DNA of 64,000 bases from Azolla caroliniana (GCA_043228905.1 JBHGNT010000004.1:8060001-8124000), one strand, 5' to 3'. Shown: positions 28,356 to 45,699, numbered from the stretch's first letter. Numbers and translations: made by a program. Notes: generated from the letters alone by a model not told the origin.

Positions 28356-30339
28356 CAGGGTTCCTATGCTGGAAGCAAGAGTGGAAAGGAGATTGAGGTC
28401 ATCGATGCTCCATTATTGTGCATTGCCGATACATGTACCCTTATTTCGTCCACTGTCTTGTGTCCTATACCTAGCCATGTCAAGGCATTTTGCAGGTGTA
28501 GTTCAAGGTCCTAGCTAGAGGTATCACATTCATTTGTGTCTAGGAAGACTATGATCTGAGGAGTGACATTTAGACTTGTGGCTTTGTTTGTTGCTTCTCC
28601 ATTGGGTGTAGTTCTGCTCAAGCTCCGCATTAGAGTCTTAACATGACTTATCCTTCGTTGCTTCCATGTTTTGTAAGCTTTGATGAGAACTTTCTCTTGT
28701 GTGCTTGGAGTCACCTTAGGCCTTTCTTTGGAGTTTAAGAAAGTACTAGGGGAGTGTTCATCAGTGGGGTGGAGCTCTTGTAATAGATCAAATCGATTTG
28801 GACTCAGTGGCGATGGAGGATTTTGTGACTATGGAGTTTTGCGTAGGACATGGGTTTTCCCCACCACTCGCCATTCCATCACAGCCTTATCGGGTCTTGG
28901 TGGGGGAGGTCTCTGATGTCCTATTGTGTCACAACCTTCCAAGGTCTCCTTGGCAGAATCTTTAATGCCTCTCGTGGGGCAGTTCTTTTTTAAATGACCA
29001 AGTTTTTTGCATGCAAAGCATTGCCCCGATACACCGATCACTTCTATGCATTGTTCAATCCGCATTCCGCTTTTTTCCAAGGATGAGGATCCTCCTGGAA
29101 GGAAGTTTGTCGATGTCCTGCACCAAAAGGCGTATAGAGGGAGGGCCTAGGTGATTGTTTAGTCTGTCTGCTAGCGTTAGTTCCTCGTCCAGCATCATAC
29201 CGAAGTAGTTTCCAATAGTAGGAAGTAACATGTTGTATTCTTTAAAGGATAAGCCAGGAAACAACATTGTTACCTTTTCCATGGATTCATCGTGTTGTGC
29301 GGCCTTCTTTGGGTTAAAACCATGTGTCCATTTACGCATCTACATCCATGTGTTTCAGACCTAGCAAGGAGACATTGTTATGAGGCTCGTTGCAGAATCC
29401 TAGTCCTCTAGGACGATTTGATAGAAACCTTTACCAAGCAGTTGGACTTCATTTATACCACCTACTTGTGAGTGGTATTTGCCTTGCAACATATCTCGCG
29501 GTAATCCTCTATTTGGCCATGATCCCACCATGCTGCATATGACTGCTATTCGCTCAAGGTGATCTATCTCTTGCTCAAGTAGTAGCATTTCTTTGCTAGT
29601 GAAACTAATCTCAATTGGACACCCGGTACCTAGGTTTTTTTGATCTTGCATTTGCTCTTTATCGATTGAGGGGCCGGTTTGAGATGCGTGTTCGGTAGTG
29701 GTGATGTCCAATGTTTCCATGATTGAGGCAGTCTTCCAATGTTTTGTGTTTTGGTGGGGGGGTGCAGCCACTGGTGGAATGGTTCTATTGTATCGGTTTA
29801 TATATATATATATATATCAGGGAAGGGGGAAAGGGGGAGGGGGGAACCTTAACCGAGCAGGCCGGTGAAGAGTCGTCATCGGCAGCCATAGAGATGGGGA
29901 AGTGGCGAGGGGGGGGGAAGGTTGTGACGACCACCAACTGTAGGACGTTTGCAAGACATGGCAAGACCTGCAAAGGGTGTGATGGAAGGGAGGACCTGTG
30001 TGCCCCAGGTCTGCATACCTCCGCTCTGCTTTGGCAGGTGGGCGCTATTCAACCCTGCTCTTGCTCTATTCCCTTCACCTCTCACAGAGACGTGCTTTAG
30101 CTCCTATTCCGTTGCTCCTACTCCTACTCTTATTTACAGGGCAGACGATATATTTTGAAGTAGGGATACACAACTAACATAATCTGCCTATTTAACCTTT
30201 AGATGGAGATCACAGGATTCAGGACTAGATCTTACAAAAAAGCAAGATTGTCATTCCAATGAATAAGATTATAACGCACTCAAAGTATATGTTGTTCCAA
30301 CCTGCCTCATGGTTTCATGAACATGCAAACACATTATGG

Positions 30340-30830
30340 CACCTACACAAAACACAGGCTTACAAGCTTATGAAGCTCTGGTCTTCCACTTAAGCAATGG
30401 GTATTCCTATGGAGATGCCTATTTGGTGTGCTCCCAATTGAGTCGAATCTTCAAAAGCGATTGATAGCCTCGCCACATTGTGCAAGATGTGGTGGATAGT
30501 CCCGCACTTATTATGGACTTGCTCATCCACTACAACATTTGTACAATGACTAAATGCATCTCTTTCTCACAAATTACTTGGCCGAAGGTTTGGGAACCAC
30601 TTTTGGCTACTTGGACAAATTCTGTGCGCCCTATCCAACAATGCCTATTTTCTCCAATGGACAAGATTTTGGGCTCTCTAGAGCATTTGGACGGCCTGCA
30701 ATAATAAGGTCTTTGATCAAAACCAACTACATGAAGTTAGCTTCTTTAAGCAATCCCTCAGGCAATCTCTATTTGATTGTCTACAACTTAGAGACATCGC
30801 ACTACAAAATTGCACTCTTTACTTTGAGTG
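30340..30830 (+). mobile_element. Degenerate L1-type zf-RVT fragment
   Basis: WVFLWRCLFGVLPI ... PHCARCGG / PHLLWTC across a frameshift. Confidence 0.55.
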
Positions 30831-31377
30831 TTTCTAAGCACTTTAGTGTCTAATCGGCACTTGTATACATATTTCTCTTTATTCTTTGTGGGTTTGCACC
30901 TCACTTTGAGGTTTCCCACTAGTAATATAAGCGTTACTGAAGAAAAAAAACAATAGAGATTGATGTAGAGTTTGGCCCAAGCCAATTTTGATGAAGATTA
31001 AAAATTTAGTAGAGTTTGATGAGGATTGAAAATGTAGTGATATCCCCCACATTGTAACCACGAGGGAGGCAAGTGGTGTCGGAAGAAAAACCTAATCAGT
31101 AGACAAAAACCCGGCATGCTAATCAGTAGATAAAAAAAGAAAAGGGGAAAGGCAATGGCTTGGGTTCCTTTATACATAATATGTATGTACAACTACATAC
31201 ATGATTACATATTCATATTTTGCTTTATTTATTTATAGCGGGAATTTGTGATGCATGTACATACGTATATATATATATATATATACGTATAAATATACGT
31301 ATGTATATACATGTATGTATATACATGTATGTATGCGTATGTTCTCCCCACCGTAGACTAATCACACAAAGCCTCCG

Positions 31378-31420
31378 CCACCACCATCGCCATCACCATC
31401 ACCATCACCATCACCATCAG
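31378..31420 (+). repeat. (CAC/CAT)n trinucleotide repeat in the ICDH 5' region
   Basis: Visible repeat 75-115 nt upstream of the ATG. Confidence 0.85.
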
Positions 31421-31494
31421 CAGAACGAGAAGGACAAGACCAAGAAAAAGAAAGAAAGACAGACAAAGCTTCTTCCTCTTCTTTCTCCGACGCC

Positions 31495-35697
<4,203 letters not shown>

Positions 35698-36759
35698 TAT
35701 CCTGTAAGCTAATTCTGTAATAGCTTCTCCTAAGGTCTCAATTCTGTGTTCTCTCTTTCTAACACTGCAAATCAACAATTTTGTCAACACTACCACAATA
35801 AAGGCATCAGGATATTGCGTAGAGCCCAAGGTGGTTTTAAATGTTAAAACATTTCATTAATTTATAACATTAGGATTGTAGTTCATTGGGTAATGATCAC
35901 TAGAGTTGATTCAAAATGTTTCAGTTTCTATTTTAGTTTTAATTCTGTTCAGTCTTATCAACTTGATTAAGAAAAAGGCTGTTGGTTAAAATGCTTTCAT
36001 TTGTTTTTAGTATATTTCTGAGTTTTGTTATGTTATTGTATGACGTCACTGCCTCACAAGTTTTTATGAATGCTTTCATTTGTTTAGTTTATTTCTGAGG
36101 TTTTGTTATTTTATTTGTACTGCTTCACTGCCACACATTCTTATTGTTATCTTCTTCAAACAAGTTTTTATAAGAGTATCTCATCTTGTTAAATTTTGTA
36201 CCTAAGCATGGATTAGGATGTATATTTCTGCATGAGATTTACTGAAATTTTGTCATTTAATTAGGTTATACAGAGTGCGTTTTTACAATTGATTTATGAG
36301 TTTTTTGTTAATCATATGCTTCACCTTCTTAGCGTTGCAGGCAAATTTCACATATGTGATAATTTGTTGAGATAAATTCACATATCTGATTATTTGTTGT
36401 GGTGAAAATGATTGATTATTTGTTATGGTGGAAATGATTAAATTCACATATCCAATGGTATGAGGACATAAGTGAAGTACATGAATTGATTTTAATTGTA
36501 CTACAGAGTCCAAGACAAGCATCCACGCGCATCTCGGAACATAGGAAGGCTCACAAATAAGATGGAAAGAGGCTTGGAACAGAAAAGGTTAGAAATGGAG
36601 TATATAGGCCATCTAAGAATGGAAACAGCATCTTCCTTAAAATGGATTATTGGAAATCAAAATCAGGAAGGACTTGAAATGTTAAAAATGGATTAAGAAT
36701 TGGCTCAAAAGCCACAGTTAGGAATCATATAGGGTGTGTCTTGGAATTCAAAGCGAAAT

Positions 36760-36830
36760 CCTGAAATGGACCGAAATGGACTGAAATGGACTGAAAGCCT
36801 GAAATTGATGCTGTACCAAAATGGAGGTCA
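36760..36830. repeat. Short (C/T)GAAATGGA repeats, possible DNA-transposon subterminal remnant
   Basis: CTGAAATGGACCGAAATGGACTGAAATGGACTGAAA. Confidence 0.4.
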
Positions 36831-38774
36831 GAGACAGAAAGAACTTTTGTTATGCATATCCAATTTCATCCATAATTACATTCAATGAGTGAAATTTTGA
36901 ACCAGAGGAATATTTATTCATATTTATTCATATGCAATCTCATGCTTATAACTTATAACTTTTCAAGTTATAACTTCATAAAGAATTAAGATTGTATAGC
37001 TTAGATTTTGCATATAACTTGATAAAGATGGCAAATGATCTAAACTATAAACTGTTTATGTTGGTGTCTTGTTTCACATATAATCTATTCACTAAACATG
37101 GAACTAGCTAAGCTGTTAGCATAAAAAGATAAAATAACGAAATTTTGGAAGGAACCATTGCTAGTGGTACTTCAGGGCTGCCTTTATGCATCACGTTGAT
37201 GTGCACAAACGCGGCAAGTGGCTTTGTGTTTAATGTCATTGAAACATGAGAACTGAAAACCAGAATAAATCTTTGGCATATAAACACAATTGCTGGGAAT
37301 AAATATGTTCGTGAAAATTTCGACAAAGCATACATAAGATTAATCAATAATAGATAGAGAGATGCATCATGAAGGGTACTTCAAATCTGTCTTTATCCAT
37401 CATGCTTATGTGCATAAGATAGACGAGTAGCTTGTGTTTAAGTTACCAAGAAATCACAAGTAACCGTACGGATATTTAGTATATTCAAAATATCAGACCC
37501 TGGTGCACAAAAAAAATCTATGAAATGAAATGTAAGAATACCAGATCCTGATGCACTCTAGTCGACCTCCATTTTTGTCCATCTTGGAGAATGCTAAAAA
37601 TCTCATCCATCTCCCCCTAAAGCTGATTCGACAATTTGAGAGACTTCACCGTTACAAAGTAAGTTTACTCTGGCTGAGAGGATCTGCCACATTCAAATTT
37701 TGTAGTGGTAACATGATGAGTAGCAGTTACTACCCAATACAGGATTTGCCATGTTCAGAATTTGTGGTACCAGTGGTAAGTGGCAGTTACTAGCTGGTAG
37801 AGAATTTGCCACATTAAATTTTGTATTACCATGGTCAGTGGCAGTAATTAGCTGATAGATGATCTGCCACATTCAAAATTTGAACCATGGTGTGCGCCTT
37901 CCCCACAAGCCTGGTCAAATGCTGTGGTGACACCATTGTGATTGGCTTAGCCAAAAGACGGTTAAATTTTTGCCATATTTGGGTATAAATGATAAATCGC
38001 AATTTTATCAACTAACCAATACACTTACTTGGGTTCAAATCTCACAAATCCCAAGAATTTACTTAATGGCCTTGCAAAATGTAGGGGCTGGAAAAGATCT
38101 TTGGCCATATTACTGAATTACATCCATTACTTAACCTACTTCACTTTCATTTTTTTTCTTGGTGTTCTACCATAAGTTTATCAACCCATAAAGTGAAGTG
38201 CAGATTCTCACCAATCACACTAATTTACTTGATGACCTTGGTAAATACTTTATCAAATGATATGCCAAGTTTTTATCAATCCGCACACCTGGGTTCCAAT
38301 CTTACCAACACTAATTCACTAAATGACCTTGCAAAATGTAGGGATTCAACACATGATTTTTGGCAGACAATATACAAACTGAGATACATCCGCTTAGTTA
38401 CACTATTTGCTTTTTCTCATTTAGGTTGTATCTATAACTTTATTAGTACATGAAGCGGGGTTCAAATCTCACTACTTACTAGATGGCACAGCAGTGGAAT
38501 GTAAATTGAATACATGACATTCTAGTCTTAACCAGACAAACTTGCAACTAAGCTACATCCCCATGGATGCTAGTAATAAGAACAACTGAATTGTAAGGAT
38601 CTCAATCCAAATTTCATAAATAAAATTGTCTATAAATCTTTGCAATGAATTTGTATGCTCAAAACAAAAACTCACATGACTATGCATATTCAAATACATC
38701 ACATGCATATTACATTCTCTTGTCATCAAATAAGATGAATCTGTCAGCAAACCATCCTAAACATGGTATCCAAA

Positions 38775-38842
38775 CAGAGAAAGAAAGAAAGAAAGAAAGA
38801 TATATTAACGTCTTCTATGGCCAAAATTGGCCCATGAGATGA
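38775..38842 (-). mobile_element. Isolated LINE 3' tail with (TTTC)n microsatellite
   Basis: GGCCAAAATTGGCC hairpin, AGACGTTAAT motif and simple repeat, in the same layout as the other LINE tails. Confidence 0.6.
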
Positions 38843-38908
38843 GAATTTAAAAAGCTCAACATTCTTACCTGTCATGAATTTTAGCGAAATTTGGCAACTC
38901 TACTTTCT

Positions 38909-41900
38909 TTAAGGTACTTTCTCATCTTTTAGAGGAGTTTTTGAGTCTACAGAAGTATTAACATCAGTTCCATCATTCGATTTAGGACCTGTGTTCAAGA
39001 TTTCTTTAAGACCTTCTTGATATCCTTGCACAAAGTTCGTCAATGCATCCCGATAGGCAGACGCTTTAGTCATATATATACGATGTAGTGCAGGTCTAAT
39101 GTGCTCAGTTCCAGCTTTTGCTGCTACGGCTATTTACATCCAGAAGACATGCCAATAATAAAATATTATTTGCAAGATTAAATACTGTTTATGAGCTATA
39201 TTAAATACTGAAACCAGATGACATATTTATCTAAGAAAAGATGTTTGACTAAGTGTTGTGCATGAGTCCATATGGCTGCACCATACATGAAGGCAGGGGT
39301 GACTATGGTGTTCAATATCATGCTTTCTGGTACAGGGATCCTAGAAGTGTGCCTGGTGGCATTGTTGTTAGCATGGCTAGAGCTGCATATCCTCGAGTGA
39401 GTCAATCCTTGGCGGCTTCAGTCACAGAAAGCTGCCTATTCATGTTTGTAAACATAACTCCTAGATATATATAGGACTCTGATGACACCAGATGGACTTC
39501 TCAACCTTGTATGAGGTGATGAAGGCGGAGGTAGTAAGGCAACACTCCACTGGTGGTGGAAAGGCGGGTTGGTGTGGGAAATGAAAATGCCATATTTGTG
39601 GATCCAGGTTCTCTAATACGTCACCAGGCAGTGGCCAAGTCATTGCTCATGAAAAGGTGGTATAATGTTTTCTGCCGTATAAGGCTCTGGATTTAAGATA
39701 GGGGTCCATCCAACCTGTGGTGTGATTAGTTTTTTTCAAGATGACAAATTTTCTTAATTCATTCAAAATTGTAAAATGAATGCTCAAGCTTTGGTGGCTT
39801 CTTCCTTGAAGTATCCAAGCTTGGAGACAATATTCTTCCTCTTCACTTAGGGCTGGCATTTGGTAACTCAAGGATGCCTGTGACTCACATGTTGAGCCAT
39901 CTCACATGCTTAATATTCTCTACTTCAATTGTAGTCTACATAAGATTTCCATTTTTACTTCTTTGAGAACTTCGTCTCAACCTTCCCTTACTTCAGCTTT
40001 GATGTCGTATAGGTTATTGACTTCAATTGTAGCCTACATAAGATCAATTCCTTGTCATTGCACCCACTTCTAGGCTACCTTCACCCATCCATATTCTTTT
40101 GCTTTTATTTCCATTTTTACTTCTTTGAGAACTTCGTCTCAACTTTCCCTTACTTCAGCTTTGATGTCGTATAGGTTATTGACTTCAATTGTAGCCTACA
40201 TAAGATCAATTCCTTGTCATTGCACCCACTTCTAGGCTACCTTCCCCCATCCATATTCTTTTGCTTTGATTTCCATTTTTACTTCTTTGAGAACTTCGTC
40301 TCAACCTTCCCTTACTTCAGCTTTGATGTCGTATAGGTTATTGACTTCAATTGTAGCCTACATAAGATCAATTCCTTGTCATTGCACCCACTTCTAGGCT
40401 ACCTTCACCCATCCATATTCTTTTGCTTTTATTTCCATTTTTACTTCTTTGAGAACTTCGTCTCAACTTTCCCTTACTTCAGCTTTGATGTCGTATAGGT
40501 TATTGACTTCAATTGTAGCCTACATAAGATCAATTCCTTGTCATTGCACCCACTTCTAGGCTACCTTCCCCCATCCATATTCTTTTGCTTTGATTTCCAT
40601 TTTTACTTCTTTGAGAACTTCGTCTCAACCTTCCCTTACTTCAGCTTTGATGTCGTATAGGTTATTGACTTCAATTGTAGCCTACATAAGATCAATTCCT
40701 TGTCATTGCACCCACTTCTAGGCTACCTTCACCCATCCATATTCTTTTGCTTTTATTTCCATTTTTACTTCTTTGAGAACTTCGTCTCAACTTTCCCTTA
40801 CTTCAGCTTTGATGTCGTATAGGTTATTGACTTCAATTGTAGCCTACATAAGATCAATTCCTTGTCATTGCACCCACTTCTAGGCTACCTTCCCCCATCC
40901 ATATTCTTTTGCTTTGATTTCCATTTTTACTTCTTTGAGAACTTCGTCTCAACCTTCCCTTACTTCAGCTTTGATGTCGTATAGGTTATTGACTTCACCA
41001 TCTTTGGCTACAGAGAGCTCTACCTTTACCTCCTCTTTGATAAGTTTCACCCACCCTTTTCTAACTCAGATTTGATATTCTCAGGTTTAGGGTTACCTTT
41101 TGCCCTCTTTGTTCTCGGTGATGTTCATCTTTACTGCTGCATATTTAACTTGAAGATGTTTGTTGTCTTCATCAAGGTCAAAGATTCAATCTTATAAGGC
41201 ATTAATTGATGTAATTTGAGTTCTTGTTTGTTTATTAAATCCCGAAGTGTTTTTGCAAGGTTTGTTACATGTTCATCCAACTTCTCGAGACTTGTCATGT
41301 GTTCAAGAGTGTTTGTCCGGAGTGAAGTGGGTGGTTGAGAGGGAGATTGATATGGTATGGTTACTTGTGCATAAGAGAAAATAGAAAAGGAACCCAAAAT
41401 TGCAATAAATATAAAATACCTAAAATGTAAGAAAAACAACCATTAAAATCAGAACAAGGAATAAACCCTAAAAATGCAATGTGAACAAAACCCTAAAACA
41501 CAGCAAGCCTAGAACACAATAAGAACGATAAATAGAGAAATTGTAAAATGTAAATAGAAAGTAAAAGATAGATAGATAGATATTGTTTTAACACCACTGA
41601 AGACCAAGTGTGATCTATGAGACGAGAGAAAGGACAGAGGAAGAATGGGAGAGATGGTTGAGGTTATTGCACAACAATTTGCATCAGTCTTTTTTATATG
41701 AATGTTATGGCCAAATGACAATATTGCTTTGTCGATTGGAGCAGTATGCTTTCCAAGAGAGACAGAAGGAAAGAACATCTTTTAAGAAGCCAAAATAGTT
41801 TAGGAGGCCAAACAAGAAAGAAAGTTAGATAGATAGATATATTAATGTCTTTTAAGAGGCCAAAACGGTCTATGAAACCAAACAAGAAAGAAAGAAAGAT

Positions 41901-44900
41901 AGATAGATAGAGTAATGTCTTTTAAGAGGCAAAAATGGCCTATAAGACCAAACAAGAGATTACATCTTAAGTGTTGTCTCGTCTTTGAGAACAACAAATC
42001 AAAATAATATAAATATTACTAAGTAAATAAGATAAAAAGAGACTAAAGAGTCTGGTTTTTGGCACATGTGAGATTCTCAACTTAGATATATTTTAACTTT
42101 TGTCTTCAAAAGATCTCTAGCATAGGTCAATCAAAAATGGCGAGGTCCCCGAACCAAGGAAAGCACCTACAATGGTGGGGGATAATGGCCTTTATTTGCC
42201 AATGACAAGGATGGTGACAAAGCAATATTGTCACAGGTACTTCAAAGGCCTCTCCATTCTGGATCGACCTATGCTAGAGATCTTTCGAAGACAAAAGTTA
42301 TAATATATCTAACTTGAGAATCTCACATGTGCTGAAAACCAGATGCTTTTGTCTCTTTTATCTTATTTACTTTTATATTTACTGAGTAATATTTATTTTA
42401 TTTTGATTTGTTCTAAAAGACAAGACAACACTCAAGATGTAATCTCCTGTTTGGTCTTATAAGCCATTTTGGCCTCTTAAAAGACTTTAATATTTCTTTA
42501 TTTCTTTCTCCCGTGGTAACATATATGTGTATGCTTTAGAATAAATGAAAGGAGAATGTTCATTTTGCAATTTGGTATCAGAGCGAGGTTGCTGGTTGTT
42601 GGTCCCCTGCAGCTCTGCCAAACCCTAGATCCACCCCTCTGCTGGTGCGACAGCGGTCAAAACAGCACCGTCATAACATCGAAGAGAGGAAGGGGGGCTT
42701 CTCCTATTAGGATGACAGTGCTATGTGATTGAGAGGGACTTGAGAAAAGAAATCAGAAGAGAAGAGATAGTCTTGATTCAGAAGATGGATGAGGTGTTGT
42801 CAAAATTGAACGAGGATAAGGTGAAAACATTGGTGAAATACATGAAGCAGGCTGATATTGTAGCATCTGGAGCTGTGACGGGAACACAACCACCACCTAG
42901 ACTTAAATTCCTTCTAGTTGACTTCAAACTCGATGGACCGGCCACGTACTTGAGTTGTTCACGTCAGATTACGAGTGCCTTGGCAAGGAGAGGTCTTGAT
43001 TGCTATCTGCCAGGAGAAGAGAAAGAACCTCATGTTAAAATGAGTAGTGAGTGGAACACATGGAGAGTTGCCCACGTGTCATTGTATACTTGGCTTCTCA
43101 ACTCCATGGTTCCATCAATTGCCACCACTGTTGATGGAATTCAAAATGTGAAGGACATTTGGGAGAAATTATAGAAAACCTATGTTGGGAGGGAAAATAA
43201 CATGACCATCAATTGCCACCACTATTGATGGAATTCAAAATGTGAAGAAAATTTGGGAGAAATTATAGAAAACCTATGTTGGGAGGGAAAATAACATGAG
43301 AGTGTTTCAAATTGAGCAGGAGATAGATGTTGTTTGGCAGGGAGATAGGACTGGAGCGTTTATGGGCTGATTATGATCATTTATCGCCTGTGGCAGTGTG
43401 CAATGATCCTCAATGTAGGAGCAAGGAGGTTTCTATTCAAAGGAGAACCATGCAATTTTTGAAACATCCCAACCCGTTGCTTGATCAAAGAAGGGCAATT
43501 CTTCTAGCCAAGGCAGATGGTATCAAATTGAAACAAAAGTAAAAATTGGAAATGCTACATCTCTCTGACGCCACCGGACTTCTAGGGGTGCGATCGGCAT
43601 TGATGGAATCAAATTGAAGCAAAAGTAAAAATTGAAAATGTTGGTGAAGTGAATCACTTAAAGAAAGCTTGCCCTAAACCACCCAAGGAGAGAGAATAGG
43701 GAGGACATGGACAAACTGTAACTTTTATCTTCGAAAGATCTCTAGCATAGGTCGATCCAGAATGAAGAGTTCTCCGATGCGAGGGAAGCACCTTTGGTGG
43801 CGGGAGATAATGGCCTTTATCTGTCAATGACAAGGGTGGTGAGATCGTGGTCTATGATTTTGTTTTAGAATCCATAAAGAGACCACTATTGACATGGGAC
43901 CTGAATACACAAGTTTTCTTGATGTGTGTCTCCTTCCCAAGAAGGATAATTCATACTTCAAGCACAAAGTCTATGTGTGTGTGAGTGAGTGAGAGAGAGA
44001 GAGATTGATTTTGTTTTAGTATCTATAAAGAGACAACTATTGACCCATAGGACCTGAGTACACAAGTTTTCTTGATGTGTGTATCCTTCCTAAGATGGAA
44101 TACTCATACTTCAAGCACAAAGTCTATGTGTGAATAAGGCATACACATATGAGCTCAAACTTCTAGGATTTGTCTTAAATTACGACACTCAAGTTATCAC
44201 CTCATCTTAATATGCCATCATAGCTTTCACGAACTGCACTATGTTCAAAGCAAGTGATATTCATCCTCTACTAGGCCTTCATTGTATACCTTACATGCCT
44301 TTATCTTTGATGCATTTTGATGTCGTCATACAACTTCAATACCTAGCTTGTGTGATCAAGTGCAACGGAGTGTGACAGCCCTACAAGAGTTAATACTCAT
44401 GTTGGTAATGAGATAAGGTTGTATACAATCAATAGGCATTTTTGCCATATATTGAACTCAACATTGAGTTAATACTCATGTTGGTAATGAGATAAGGTTG
44501 TATACAATCAATAGGCATTTTTGCCATATATTGAACTCAAGATTCAGGGTTGACTTTGCAATGTAATATTCTAATTTTTTCCTGTAAGCATCTTCCTTAG
44601 CGAATCCATTAAAAAGCGTGTCAGTGAGGAAAAAAAGAACTGGGTAGCTGAGTTAGCTGTATCCTACTTTTATAAATGGGAAATGGCTAAGTTTGTGCAA
44701 CTATGTACGTACAATAGCTTTACGTTCAAAATGGGAAAAAAAAAACATAATAGAATCTCCTATGCAATTACTCATTGAGTAAACCAAAATAAATTGAGCT
44801 TGCAATATACCTAAATCCTCAATCATTGTTGGCTCTGGTGGTTCTTTTTTCTCCTCTTTCTTTTCTGCTCTTTTCTTGTTTGGATTACAAGCAAGCTCAA

Positions 44901-45295
44901 ATTCTTCATCAATGTCTATATCATGCGTTTTCCAACTTTTGGCATAGATACTGGTAGCTAATTTCCAAACCTGAATACACCATGCATGTAAGTGGGATGG
45001 ACAAAATGGTACATAAACCTTATAACAAATATGTGAATGTTAATATGGAGATTATTTATGTATGGTTTGCTACTTTTTTATTTTAAGCATGTTTGGATTG
45101 GAGCAGCATATTATTTAAAAGAAGTACAAGGAAGCTGAAGCTTACAAATACATGATCCTTCCAAGAAAGTTTTCTTGATTGTTTAGTACCCGGTGGATCT
45201 GGCAATGAAGATGGAAAAGCTATTTCCTTGAAATCGTAACACCAATAGTTATAGAACCTTCTCCAATAATACTTTGTTTTTGCCACTATCTTCAT
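38909..45295 (-). CDS. EMB2735: EMB2735-like small conserved plant protein; exons 45295-45146, 44970-44811, 39129-38909 (about 176 aa); probable 5'UTR exon near 47757-47870
   Basis: Spliced product contains YDFKEIAFPSSLPDPP, IEDLAVAAKAG..IRPALHRIYMTKASAYRDALTNFVQGYQEG, which I recall from Arabidopsis EMB2735-family proteins. GT-AG sites give consistent phases 0 and 1. Confidence 0.8.
39200..41400 (-). mobile_element. Decayed, internally deleted LINE inside the EMB2735-like intron (ORF1 coiled-coil plus RT C-terminal remnant)
   Basis: RT-tail motifs YLGVMF and LNTIVTPAFMYGAAIW; ORF1-like HVRWLNM*VTGILE parallels ERRSKNIVIRGIKE in the 58.6 kb ORF1. Confidence 0.6.
39923..40997. repeat. 162-bp tandem array: 6 full units at 40021-40992 plus a partial, organised as three 324-bp dimers
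   Basis: CTTCAATTGTAGCC recurs at 40021, 40183, 40345, 40507, 40669, 40831; diagnostic SNPs alternate between units. Confidence 0.97.
41765..41960 (-). repeat. Three stacked LINE 3'-tail units separated by (GAAA)/(GATA) repeats
   Basis: TCTTTTAAGA(G/A)GC(C/A)AAAA...CCAAACAAG occurs three times. Confidence 0.75.
41913..42490. repeat. Long inverted repeat (arms about 41913-42145 and 42248-42490) made of two head-to-head LINE 3' ends
   Basis: e.g. CACATGTGAGATTCTCAA vs TTGAGAATCTCACATGTG; GATCTCTAGCATAGGTC vs GACCTATGCTAGAGATC. Confidence 0.9.
42512..43715 (+). mobile_element. Ty1/copia 5' fragment (partial LTR, PBS 42573-42584, decayed gag with an internal duplication of about 90 bp)
   Basis: TGGTATCAGAGC; gag KLDGPATYL and WLLNSM.PSI..VKDIWEKL. 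Confidence 0.75.
44387..44541. repeat. Tandem duplication of about 75 bp
   Basis: GAGTTAATACTCATG...TATTGAACTCAA occurs twice. Confidence 0.9.
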
Positions 45296-45699
45296 TATGA
45301 AGAAGATACAACCTATACAAACATGCCAAGAATTGTAAAAAGCTGTTATTCTCACAAACATAAAAATGCTAAACCTGCAAGATAACAAGCTTCGACAGGT
45401 TAACAAGACAAAGAAAACAAACAAAAGACGTATACGATCCTGGTGATTATTCTTGTTACTATAAATGTTCCCTTTGCTATGCTCATATTTCATTTGAGGT
45501 GTACAAACCTAATACATCACCTGATGGAATAGTATGTTCTTGCGATTGAAAATCTGATATTGACAGATATGTGTCCCATTTTCCAAAGAATAGAGAAGAG
45601 ACGGTATACACTTAGTCCTCTTAGAGACTACCATGAATCAATCATATCAGTCTCTCATAGAACATTCTCTCTACATCTCTTCTAGTGTACCTTGTAATA

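Larger units (their letters stand above)
18665..29771 (-). mobile_element. Decayed L1-like LINE (ORF1 at about 28360-29771; continuation at 18665-18876) split by copia B
   Basis: DUF4283-like segment VQLLGKGFYQI; zinc knuckle CFACKKLGHLKKNCP; endonuclease-like KRHFLRTYLD..PDI beyond the insertion. Confidence 0.6.

Noticed and set aside
39923-40997. Regular repeats as a CRISPR array or repeat-protein gene
   Set aside because: No unique spacers, eukaryotic context, and every unit contains stop codons.
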